Positions 17,314-25,450 of a stretch of DNA of 32,000 nt are shown here, piece after piece (positions within the stretch are counted from its first letter, which is position 1; each line of letters opens with the position of its first letter). The DNA is from Engelhardtia mirabilis (GTDB taxonomy: Bacteria > Planctomycetota > UBA1135 > GCA-002686595), in the NCBI RefSeq assembly GCF_007748095.1, contig NZ_CP036287.1, positions 3,619,448 to 3,651,447 of the forward strand, read 5' to 3'. Both the position numbers and the translations under genes were made by a program. Below the pieces are notes generated by a model that searched no databases, was not told the origin of the DNA, and was given only the letters and a program-made list of their open reading frames with translations.

Positions 17314-18651
17314 TCACGCCCCCGGGATGCGGTCGAGGATCTCGCGCGCCCATTGTTTCGAGGTCACCGATCCGTGCTCCCCAACGTGCTCCAGCCCGGC
17401 AATCCAACCGGCACGATGGGACTCCGGCACCTCGCTCCAGTTGTCCGCATCGGCCAGAACGTGAGCCAGTGCCAGCCCGCACAGCTGGACCTCGAACTCC
17501 TCGTCGTAGAGCAGGTGGGAGAACGCCGCGTCATCGGGCAGCTCGAGTTTCTCGCGAAACTTCTCGAGTAGCTCCTCACTGCCGACCGCACCGCCGCCGT
17601 CGACGACGACGATCTCACCGTGGCCATCGGAGCTACCGCGCTGAACCGCCGTTCCCCTGGCAGGACCTTGATCCTGAATAACATCGGTCGCCCTGAGTCC
17701 TCTGCGGTTGAACCGGTTCAGCGACTCGATGAAGATCGATGCAGCGAGCATCGCAACCGGCTTCCCGCTCCAGGATTCGCCGCGCGGACCGTTTTCGAGC
17801 GAACGAGGTCCCGACAACGCTTTCCAAACGGCCGCTTCGAGCAACGCCGGGGCCTTCTCGATCGTGGCGTCCGAGATGAAGATGCTCTTCGACGCGCCCG
17901 CCTTCCGAGGTCGGCGCGCGTAGCCGATGTCGATGACTCGAGCCGTCACCAGCCGCAGGACAGTCTCGAGCAGCTTACTCCCAAGGATCGTCTGCACCAC
18001 GAGGCCGGGACCGCTCTCAGGGATCGGGCACAGACCCCAGCGCATCATCGGATTCTTTACGACCTCGTCGTCGTCCGCGCCCTCCTTCTTCCTCTGCTCC
18101 CCGGTCCAGAAAGTGCGGCCGGTCTCGATGTCCGGCAGCGCACGCCGCGGTCCACGAAGGACCGCCCGTAGCTGGGACCCGACAGATTCAAAGGGGTCGA
18201 ACTTCAGAGCCTCTACGGCCACCCTCCAGTCGTCACTCGACCGCGCCGCCCGCTGGAACTGGTCCATCCGCTTCTTCTCGGACTTCTGGCTTCCGTATCG
18301 GAACAGGCTCTCGTCGATCCAATCCTCGGAGTAGGGGTGGAGTGCGAGCAACAGCGCGTGACCGCGAACTCGATCGTCACTGGTTCGGGCCGACAGCGTC
18401 CACTCTCCCCGATCCAGTTCCTCGGGGAACGGATAGGGCTTCGCGTGGTACTCCATCTCGACGTCGTCCACGAAGACGTAGTTGCCATCGGCCGCCTCGT
18501 CGTAGGCGATGAGCGTCGGGGAGATCGGATGCCGCGAGGCGCTCTCGCTGACGGGCTCCATGGGGAACTCCGTCATCCCCCCGGGGGGCGGATCGGGCGG
18601 CTCGGGCGGATCTCCGGCTTCGTACAGCGGACGGACGTCGAACTCGCTCAT
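17314..18651 (-). CDS. hypothetical protein, translationally coupled partner of DGR target 2
   Basis: ATG at 18649-18651 (MSEFDVRPLYE...), 445 aa; the longest ORF extends to 18738. High GC3 and no motif I recognise. Its stop at 17314-17316 lies one codon before the target 2 start, in the same frame. Confidence 0.7.
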   Translation of the reverse strand: MSEFDVRPLYEAGDPPEPPDPPPGGMTEFPMEPVSESASRHPISPTLIAYDEAADGNYVFVDDVEMEYHAKPYPFPEELDRGEWTLSARTSDDRVRGHALLLALHPYSEDWIDESLFRYGSQKSEKKRMDQFQRAARSSDDWRVAVEALKFDPFESVGSQLRAVLRGPRRALPDIETGRTFWTGEQRKKEGADDDEVVKNPMMRWGLCPIPESGPGLVVQTILGSKLLETVLRLVTARVIDIGYARRPRKAGASKSIFISDATIEKAPALLEAAVWKALSGPRSLENGPRGESWSGKPVAMLAASIFIESLNRFNRRGLRATDVIQDQGPARGTAVQRGSSDGHGEIVVVDGGGAVGSEELLEKFREKLELPDDAAFSHLLYDEEFEVQLCGLALAHVLADADNWSEVPESHRAGWIAGLEHVGEHGSVTSKQWAREILDRIPGA

Positions 18652-18810
18652 GGCACTCGGAAACGATCGGGTGATTCGGATCGGCCGGGTCCACAGGCAA
18701 CCTCCTCCCGGCTCCGTGGTCGAACCTAGCGCCGCCAACGGGGTCCGGGAAGGCCCTAGCCGGCGTCGACACGCCGCTTGTCAGGCTGCTAGTCTCCCGA
18801 GACCCGGCCC

Positions 18811-21800
18811 ATGCTCCCGAGCACAGACAGATCTCGACCCTACGTCCTGCGTGTCACCTCCGACGACGGGAACCCGGCGGCGGGGATCCTGGTCTCGGAG
18901 AACTATGCGGTGACCTGCTGGCACGTCGCCAACGGCAGTGGAAAGTTCAGCGAGAAGGTCCCCAACTCCCGTGAGGCGGCATGGGGGCTCTGCGCCGGCG
19001 GTCGGCCGGCCGAGGTCGTGGCCTGGGGCGACCTCCCTGGGATCGGCTATGAGGTAGACGTGGCTCTGCTGAAGCTCGAGGGTGCGCCAGCGAGTCTCGA
19101 GAGTGCCGACCTTGCCCTGGCGTACGACTCCCGACTCTTCGACCAGCTCCTCGACAGTGTTTCCTACCTCGAGGTGGAGGGGTTCCCTCGCCACTCGCCG
19201 ACCTCGCACGTCGAATCCTGCCGGCCACACAAGGGATCGGGATCGTCGAGTACGAGCCGGGGTGGCCAGGTCACCGAGTTCGGCCTCTTCGCCCGCGTCC
19301 ACGAGGGAGTCAGCGGCGGACCCGTGGTCGCCGGACGTGGAGGCGAGGAGGTCTGCGTCGGGATGGCCTGTCTCGGCAGCTCGAGGTCGCTGCAGATGGC
19401 GGCCGTGTCGTCGGGTGAACTGCTGGCGCTCCTCGAGCACCACTTCGACGGAGAGCTTCCCCATGCGGTCCGAACCAGGCCCCTCGACGACTGGCTCATC
19501 GACCATGGCGTGATCGAAACGCGCGGGTCCTATCTCCGTGCACTGAGGGCTCGGGTCGAAGAGGACCACGACTTGCTCAGGATGCTCGGGGTCGATGACC
19601 TCGCCGACGAGTTCTTCGATCGGGTCTACGTCCGACTCGAGGTCGGAGTCAGTCCCTCGTTCGCGCAGCGTCTAGCCGATCTAGGCGATGAAGAAGACGC
19701 CAGCATTCCCCCGTCTGGTGTCCGCCTAGACCAACTGCTGTCGATCCCGCCTGCCCGGTTCGGCATCGCCGGGCCGCGATTCGTCCTGCGCGGCGAACCA
19801 GGCTCGGGCAAGACCACGATCCTGCGCCAGCTCGCCTGGTCCCTCGCCGGCGACGACGACGCCGCCTGGACGCCGGTAAGGATCGGGCTCCCCGACTTCG
19901 CGCGCTGGAGAGCGGGGCAGAATCGAAAGGGCGACGCCTGGGACAAGCTGCTCGACTACCTCGAGGAGCAGCAGGACATTGCCGATGCTCGCCGCGAGGC
20001 GCTCGTGGCCGAGCGCGAGCATGGGCGTCTGCTGCTGCTCCTCGACGGGCTCGACGAGGTCCGCGGCGAGTTGAGAACCACCACTCGCTCCTGGCTCGCG
20101 AACCTCTCCGAACAGATGGGCTCGTCCGCCATCGTCGTGGCGACGCGGACGATTCCGTATCGCAAGCCCGCGGGCGGCTACGTGGAGGCGGACGTCGAGC
20201 CCATGGGAATCGCTCAACAGAAGAAGTTCCTGAGCGCCTGGATCGGCGACGAGGGGGCGGCCGAGGATCACATCAAGCGCTGGGCCGACCTCCCCCACAG
20301 CCGATTGTCGCTTCTGGCCGGGAACCCGCTCTGGTTGACGTACTTCGGCTTGCTCTTGCGCCGTGGCGAGACGCCCGATGAGTCTCGCAGCGCACTCTAC
20401 GAGCAGGTCCTCGAGCTGCTCCTCTCCGGTGAGTTCCAGGATCCTCCGAAGAAGAACCCGAATCCGGCCGTGATGCGCGCTGGGCTCGTGTTCCTGGCGG
20501 TCCAGATGAGCAAGAAGGGCGAGACAGCAGTTCGCAAGTCGGACCTCGACGCCCTATTCCAAGAGCAAGGCGTCGAGACGGACGTCGCCGTCCGCGCCGT
20601 GCTCAACGAATGGAGCCGACGCCCTGACGATTTCCTCCAGGACGTGCAGGCGATCACGGGGATCATCGGTCGATACGGCGAGAAGGAGGGGAGGAACTGG
20701 CGTTTCTGGCACGGCCAGCTTCGTGAGGTCCTGGTCATGATTTGGCTGCGGAGCCTCACCCGCGACGAGCAGCTCGCCGAGGCCGCCGCGCTGGCGGAGG
20801 ATCACCTCGGCTTCTTCGCCGAACCGTTCGCGCTCCTGGTCGGCACGGATGAGCTGGCCGACAAGGACGAGATGATCGAGCGGCTCGTCGAGCACAATCC
20901 GGTCCTGGGGCGCAGAGTGCTGGCCAGTGCTACAGGAGTGTCGCCGTCGACGGTCGAGAAGGTGCTGGGGCTCGATTCGTCGGACCCTGAGCGTCGCGGC
21001 GAGATTCTCCTGGACCTGCCGAACATCCTGGGTCGCGGGGAGGGGGCACGGGCCGCAACGATTCAACTCGTCGAACGGCTGTGGATGGCGAGCCGGTCCA
21101 GCGAGGAGGAGATGTGGGCGGACTGCTACCACCTGGACGAGCTACTCGTCGCGCTCGAGGAGGAACCGGGTGAGCTAGTGTCCACTCGTAGAGCCCTGTA
21201 CTTCCGGCGCTTTGGACAACCGGACCGTCCGACCTTGAAGGAGTTGTTTCCGCCGATCCACGGGCTCACCCCCTTTCCTCGGATCGATCCCGGTTCATTC
21301 GCAATGGGTGACGGGGACGCTCCCAGTCGCCAGCAGGTGAAGATCCCAACCCCATTCCGGCTCGGGGCAACTCCCGTCACCGAGAGCCAGTTCAGCTTGA
21401 TGTCTGGCAGGGAGATCGAGACGAGTAGCCGTAAGCCGAAGGGCGAGATCAACTTCTTTGGAGCCATGCTGTACAGCAGGTTCCTCGGTTGGGCGATGGG
21501 ATCGGATCAGCCGGGCGACCTGCCGACCGAGGCTCAGTGGGAGTACGCAGCGCGAGCAGGCAACGAGGGTGACTACTGGTTCAGCCCTGGGGCCCTGGAC
21601 GACCACGGCTGGTACGAAGGCAACTCGGGAGGTCGGGTCCACGACGTCGCCACTCGCCCCCCGGATGGCGAGGAGCCGCAGCAGCCGAATCCGAACGGCC
21701 TGTTCGACGTGCACGGGAATGTTTGGGAGTGGTGCCAGGACCTTCTCGGCGGCGCCGGCCCGTGGCGCGTGATGCGCGGCGGTAGCTTCTGGGACTCGGC

Positions 21801-21912
21801 CGCGAACTGTCGCTCGGGGTACCGGATCAGGAACCACCCGGCGAGCCGCCTCTGGGACCTGGGCTTCCGCGTCGTCCTCCCGGCCGACCGGAGCTTGGCC
21901 ATCGATGATTGA
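18811..21912 (+). CDS. trypsin-like serine protease / NACHT (STAND) NTPase / FGE-sulfatase protein; DGR target 3
   Basis: ATG at 18811, 1033 aa. Triad motifs VTCWHV, DVALLKL and GVSGGP. Walker A GEPGSGKTT (about nt 19795-19825) and Walker B LLLLLDGLDEV. C-terminal FGE motifs AQWEYAARAG, HGWY and NPNGLFDVHGNVWEWC. VR3 lies at the 3' end. Confidence 0.9.
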   Translation: MLPSTDRSRPYVLRVTSDDGNPAAGILVSENYAVTCWHVANGSGKFSEKVPNSREAAWGLCAGGRPAEVVAWGDLPGIGYEVDVALLKLEGAPASLESADLALAYDSRLFDQLLDSVSYLEVEGFPRHSPTSHVESCRPHKGSGSSSTSRGGQVTEFGLFARVHEGVSGGPVVAGRGGEEVCVGMACLGSSRSLQMAAVSSGELLALLEHHFDGELPHAVRTRPLDDWLIDHGVIETRGSYLRALRARVEEDHDLLRMLGVDDLADEFFDRVYVRLEVGVSPSFAQRLADLGDEEDASIPPSGVRLDQLLSIPPARFGIAGPRFVLRGEPGSGKTTILRQLAWSLAGDDDAAWTPVRIGLPDFARWRAGQNRKGDAWDKLLDYLEEQQDIADARREALVAEREHGRLLLLLDGLDEVRGELRTTTRSWLANLSEQMGSSAIVVATRTIPYRKPAGGYVEADVEPMGIAQQKKFLSAWIGDEGAAEDHIKRWADLPHSRLSLLAGNPLWLTYFGLLLRRGETPDESRSALYEQVLELLLSGEFQDPPKKNPNPAVMRAGLVFLAVQMSKKGETAVRKSDLDALFQEQGVETDVAVRAVLNEWSRRPDDFLQDVQAITGIIGRYGEKEGRNWRFWHGQLREVLVMIWLRSLTRDEQLAEAAALAEDHLGFFAEPFALLVGTDELADKDEMIERLVEHNPVLGRRVLASATGVSPSTVEKVLGLDSSDPERRGEILLDLPNILGRGEGARAATIQLVERLWMASRSSEEEMWADCYHLDELLVALEEEPGELVSTRRALYFRRFGQPDRPTLKELFPPIHGLTPFPRIDPGSFAMGDGDAPSRQQVKIPTPFRLGATPVTESQFSLMSGREIETSSRKPKGEINFFGAMLYSRFLGWAMGSDQPGDLPTEAQWEYAARAGNEGDYWFSPGALDDHGWYEGNSGGRVHDVATRPPDGEEPQQPNPNGLFDVHGNVWEWCQDLLGGAGPWRVMRGGSFWDSAANCRSGYRIRNHPASRLWDLGFRVVLPADRSLAIDD
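21755..21889 (+). repeat. DGR variable repeat VR3
   Basis: 135 nt colinear with the TR. 11 mismatches at TR adenines (counting the boundary base) and 1 non-A mismatch. Encodes RVMRGGSFWDSAANCRSGYRIRNHPASRLWDLGFRVVLPAD. Confidence 0.9.
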
Positions 21913-21925
21913 TCTTTGAGATGTG
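21902..21925 (+). repeat. post-VR conserved 24-nt element, copy 3
   Basis: TCGATGATTGATCTTTGAGATGTG, 1 mismatch to copies 1 and 2. It is displaced 12 nt from the VR3 end by an insertion and contains the stop codon. Confidence 0.8.
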
Positions 21926-22722
21926 ACTGTGAGGGGTAGGGAGCGGCACGATCGGCCATCCATTGCCCGAGTGCGGCCAGCAGCTACCGCGGGTTGCTGA
22001 CGGACTGTCCTTGGCGGCCGATCTGCATCGGAGTCCGACTGGTCTCGGCATTCTGGGCGGCCGCTGCGGATCTCTTGGACCGACGAGAACGGCCGCACGC
22101 TTCGGACTCCTCGCGCCAACTGGCACTGGGCGGCCCAAGTGCGGCCGTCCTTGACCGCGGTCCAGCGGCCGATTCCATGGCGTTCCTCGGCCGCTCACCA
22201 CGCGAATGGACGGTCCGAGCTCATTGTCGCCCGATCGGATGGCGCCGCGCCGATTCACTTCGGCCCGGCGTCTGTTGCCCGGGGATGCGCCGACAAGACC
22301 GCCTCACCTGGATCAACCAGGACGACCGGCGATCTGGCGAGGCGACCTCGCAAACTCGCCGCCGCGTCTCCACGAGATCGACGGACCGGATGGCAAGCTC
22401 GATTGCACCGCCTCTGAGCGACCCGTCGCGCCGGCGACCCTGACGCGGTGACCGCCGCCGACTCGGGGCCGATCGGCGGCCGGGCCCCTGCGATCGAGCT
22501 CTGCGCGATTCGAAGGTCGGAATCGTGCCCTGGCCACGTCGAGCGATCCCAGTCATGCCGAAGGGGTCACTCGGATCTGCAGGGAGCCTCGCCAAGGTCC
22601 TCATGACGAGCCGGCCCCGTTGGGTCGGATGGCGGCCGCGTCATCTGAGAGGCGAGGCCCGACCACTTGATCGTCCCGCCCACGCACGGCTCACCGAGGC
22701 ACGGGGGCACGGCAGGCGGGGC

Positions 22723-23145
22723 ATGAGCTCCCGCTTCGAGCCCGCCCTGCGCCTCACCTTCTCGATCGGCCTACGGTCCCCGCTCGATCCGTCCGCTTTT
22801 CTCGGCGGCTGGATCCGCTGGGACCGTGCGCGCGCGCGTCGTCGCCGGGCCCTGGACTCCCTTTGCCGCACCTTCGGGAGCTTCACCGCGTTCATGGCCC
22901 AGGGGGAGTGGCACGGCGCGTCGGAGCCCACGCTCGTGGTCGTGGTCGTGGTCGAGGTGACCGACGCCGCGGGCGAGGCCGATGTGATCGCCCGCGCGGA
23001 GCAAGAGGCCTTCCAGCTGGCCTCGAGCCTCGGCCAGGAGGCCGTCGCGCTCGAAACCGAGCGTGTCGGATTCGCCCTGGTCGGACGCGAGCAGGATCGC
23101 GCGGGCGGAAGCTCGAGCGCGATCGGCGCGCAGGTCGTCGGATGA
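22723..23145 (+). CDS. hypothetical protein
   Basis: Internal ATG of ORF 22525..23145. Strongly G/C-ending, native-like codons (TTC, GAG, CTG, GCC). No recognisable motif. Confidence 0.5.
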   Translation: MSSRFEPALRLTFSIGLRSPLDPSAFLGGWIRWDRARARRRRALDSLCRTFGSFTAFMAQGEWHGASEPTLVVVVVVEVTDAAGEADVIARAEQEAFQLASSLGQEAVALETERVGFALVGREQDRAGGSSSAIGAQVVG

Positions 23146-23439
23146 GAGATAGAGCGTGGGCCGGCGCTCCTCGTCGCGTGTGGAGCGCGACATCGCCGAT
23201 CACGCACGGCCGTCGACCCGTCCCCGCGACCGCGGACTGCGGTCCGCACTGCCTGGTCCGCATCGCGGAGCATGCCCGTCCCGCCCGCGAGCGGCCGCGC
23301 CTTCCCTTGGAGGCCCCTTCTCGGTGAGGGGGGGACGGCAGCCGAGCCAGCGGATCGGCGCTCCGCCGAGCTCGAGGGCTTCCCTCGGCTCTCCCCAACG
23401 ACCGGTCGGCGCGTCCCGACCGAGAGCCGGAGGGCCTCC

Positions 23440-23964
23440 ATGGCCGAATCGTTCCCTACCAACTTCCTCGACGCCCAGCGTTTCACCGCCGCGTCGAGCT
23501 ACTTCCAGCAGGGCCTCGCTGTCCTGTCCAGCCTCGGCGCTCGGATCCCGAGCGGGCGAAACTACGTTGGGCAGCCGCTGGACCCCGGCCCCGACGGCGA
23601 GGCCTTCGCCTGCCGATGGGCCCCGGAGGGCACCACGGCCCCCCACGACCACGGTGGTGGCGAGGGCCTCGTGCTGGTCCAGGAAGGTCTCCTCATCGAG
23701 ACCAAGTTCGAATTCGACGGGTCGGAGTTGGTCCCGGTCGAGCGGCGCATGCTGCTCCCCGGGGACATCACCTGGCTCGGTGGACGCGACATCCACACTG
23801 TCGAGGCCCACGAGCCGTCGTGGTCGCTGCACTTCTACTGGGGCAAGGGCGACACCTACCGGATCTTCGACCCGGTCGGACGCGTGACCCACGAGGTGCG
23901 GGACACCGGCGCGTGGCTGCCGGTCGACCCCGACTCGATCGTGGCGTCGACTCCCTGGAGCTGA
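23440..23964 (+). CDS. cupin-fold metalloprotein (cysteine-dioxygenase-like)
   Basis: Internal ATG (MAESFPTNF...). PHDHGGGEG ... DIHTVEA resembles the HxH...E...H cupin metal site. The long ORF 23200..24066(-) is its shadow. Confidence 0.65.
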   Translation: MAESFPTNFLDAQRFTAASSYFQQGLAVLSSLGARIPSGRNYVGQPLDPGPDGEAFACRWAPEGTTAPHDHGGGEGLVLVQEGLLIETKFEFDGSELVPVERRMLLPGDITWLGGRDIHTVEAHEPSWSLHFYWGKGDTYRIFDPVGRVTHEVRDTGAWLPVDPDSIVASTPWS

Positions 23965-24214
23965 CGACAGAGGAGTGAATCGGCGCGTCGTCGGCCTAGC
24001 AGGCGGCGCGCCGCTTGCGTTCGAGGCGTCCAAGGGATCGCGGCCTTGGGCGAGGCACCGACCCACTTACCGACGAAGGGTGATTCGGGAGGCAACTCCG
24101 TGCCGCCCAGTGTCACTGATCAGGTTCGCGCTGGCGCGTGCTCGAGCATTACCGATCTGGCCTCGGACGCTCCTGGGCCGGATCTGGGCCCTCTCCCGGC
24201 CGCTCCCATGGACG

Positions 24215-24273
24215 GCCGGAGGGTGGTAGCGGTGGACGGACTTGAACCGCCGACCCGCGGATTATGATTCCGC
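24215..24273 (-). repeat. tRNA 3'-half remnant, att-like direct repeat copy B
   Basis: Same T arm, acceptor and CCA as copy A. The anticodon arm is GCGGA-ATCATAA-TCCGC. No complementary 5' acceptor strand or D arm lies upstream. Confidence 0.7.
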
Positions 24274-24503
24274 CTCGGGGGCTGGAGGCCATTGGAAGCC
24301 CTCCTGGGGGGTCATCCGGCGAGCCCCGCGAATCCGCGACTCGCCCCCACGCCTCCGAGATCGAGGCCGCGGGCCTGGCCGAGGGGGAGTTCATCTTCGT
24401 GCCCTCGCGCGCGGCCCTGGTGGCCCTGCTGCGGTGCCACCAAGACCTCTGGGCGGCCCTGGGCAAGGGCCCGATCATCCTGCGCGGAAGGGGGTCGAAA
24501 TGA
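24264..24503 (+). CDS. small hypothetical protein
   Basis: Its stop overlaps the next ATG (ATGA at 24500-24503). The only ATG lies inside the tRNA remnant, so the start is uncertain. Confidence 0.35.
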   Translation: MIPPRGLEAIGSPPGGSSGEPRESATRPHASEIEAAGLAEGEFIFVPSRAALVALLRCHQDLWAALGKGPIILRGRGSK

Positions 24504-24808
24504 CCTCCCTCGGTCCCTCCACCTGCGAAGGCTGCAAGCACACGCTGCCCACGGGGTTCGCCCGGTACTTCGAGCGCGCGGACGACCCGGAGTCCTACGA
24601 CTACCTGTGCTTTCGCTGCGCGATCCGCCGCGGCCTGGCCTCCAGGAACGCCGTCGATCGCCGGACGATCTTCGAGCAGATCGAGACCATCGTCAGCTCA
24701 GATCGGTCCGAGCTGTGGGGCGAGGCGCTGTACCAGCGCAACCTCATCTGCCTGCCCGGACGGCTGACCACGCTGCTCGAGGGCGGGGAGATCCGCAATG
24801 CGGGCTGA
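24500..24808 (+). CDS. zinc-ribbon protein (CxxC...CxxC)
   Basis: MTSLGPSTCEGCKH...YLCFRCAIRRG, 102 aa, with native-like codon usage. Confidence 0.6.
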   Translation: MTSLGPSTCEGCKHTLPTGFARYFERADDPESYDYLCFRCAIRRGLASRNAVDRRTIFEQIETIVSSDRSELWGEALYQRNLICLPGRLTTLLEGGEIRNAG

Positions 24809-25183
24809 GCCCCACCAATCCACCGCGCCGGCCGCGAGCTGGCGCCGAATCCCGGCTGCAATGCCGCCTTGCCCCCTTCATGGGGCGTCGGGCGCTGCAA
24901 GAGCCGGGGCTAGCAGAGGCAGCGCCATGGGGGCGCCCGTCGGGACTTACCACCCCACGAAGGCGGGCGCCCACCTCCCCACGAATGGGGAAAGCCCCGG
25001 CCACCCCGAAGGGCGGCCAGGGCCAGCAGAGGCCATGACGCCTTCGCGGTCGGGAACCACCCCGGCCAGCGTCACAGACCAGCGGGGAGCCTACCGCGCG
25101 CCCGACCAGCGCGCTAGATCCCCCCGATCCCACCCCGCCTGACCAGCGGATCCAGCAGAGGCCACGGAGCAGGAGATGCCCCA

Positions 25184-25450
25184 GTGACAGACTCGAACCA
25201 GTTGACCAGAGATCAGCGCAGCGCCCTGGAGTGGGCCAAGCGCGCCCACATCCTGCGAGCGGAGCGCACGACCGAGGACGTGGGCTACCGCAGCCCCGAC
25301 GGCGGGCCCCGGCACGGCAGCGAAGTGGTGCGGGAGTTGATCGCCAGGGAGTTCTTGGCCCGCCGGGATGACGGATCGGTGCGGATCACCCTGCTTGGGA
25401 TCCACGCGGTCAACAAGGGCGGCGGCGACGACGGCGGGAGGGCGGCGTGA
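25184..25450 (+). CDS. small phage-like hypothetical protein
   Basis: GTG start preceded by GGAGCAGGAG. The stop overlaps the next GTG start. Confidence 0.55.
   Translation: MTDSNQLTRDQRSALEWAKRAHILRAERTTEDVGYRSPDGGPRHGSEVVRELIAREFLARRDDGSVRITLLGIHAVNKGGGDDGGRAA

Larger units (their letters stand above)
5694..24273. mobile_element. putative integrated genomic island bounded by tRNA 3'-half direct repeats (no integrase seen)
   Basis: A 45-nt perfect direct repeat, extended by 11/14 further matches, covers the 3' half of a tRNA at both ends. The accessory content is a DGR, three NLR-like paralogs, a desaturase and a cupin. Confidence 0.35.

Noticed and set aside
21994-22443. 149-aa ORF (+) downstream of target 3.
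   Set aside because: The composition is Arg/Ser/Pro-rich, with no motif and no start context. It is treated as non-coding or decayed sequence (see the finding on 21926-22722).
24040-25090. Loose similarity between 24055-24115 and 24945-25085. Both contain CCCAC..ACGAAGGG-type blocks and ...CCAG(T/C)GTCAC(T/A)GA(T/C)CAG, with small CCCC-ACGAA-GGGG-like hairpins.
   Set aside because: The matches are only about 75-80% over ~20-nt blocks in GC-rich DNA, and the predicted hairpins are inconsistent between copies. They could be REP-like elements, but the support is too weak.
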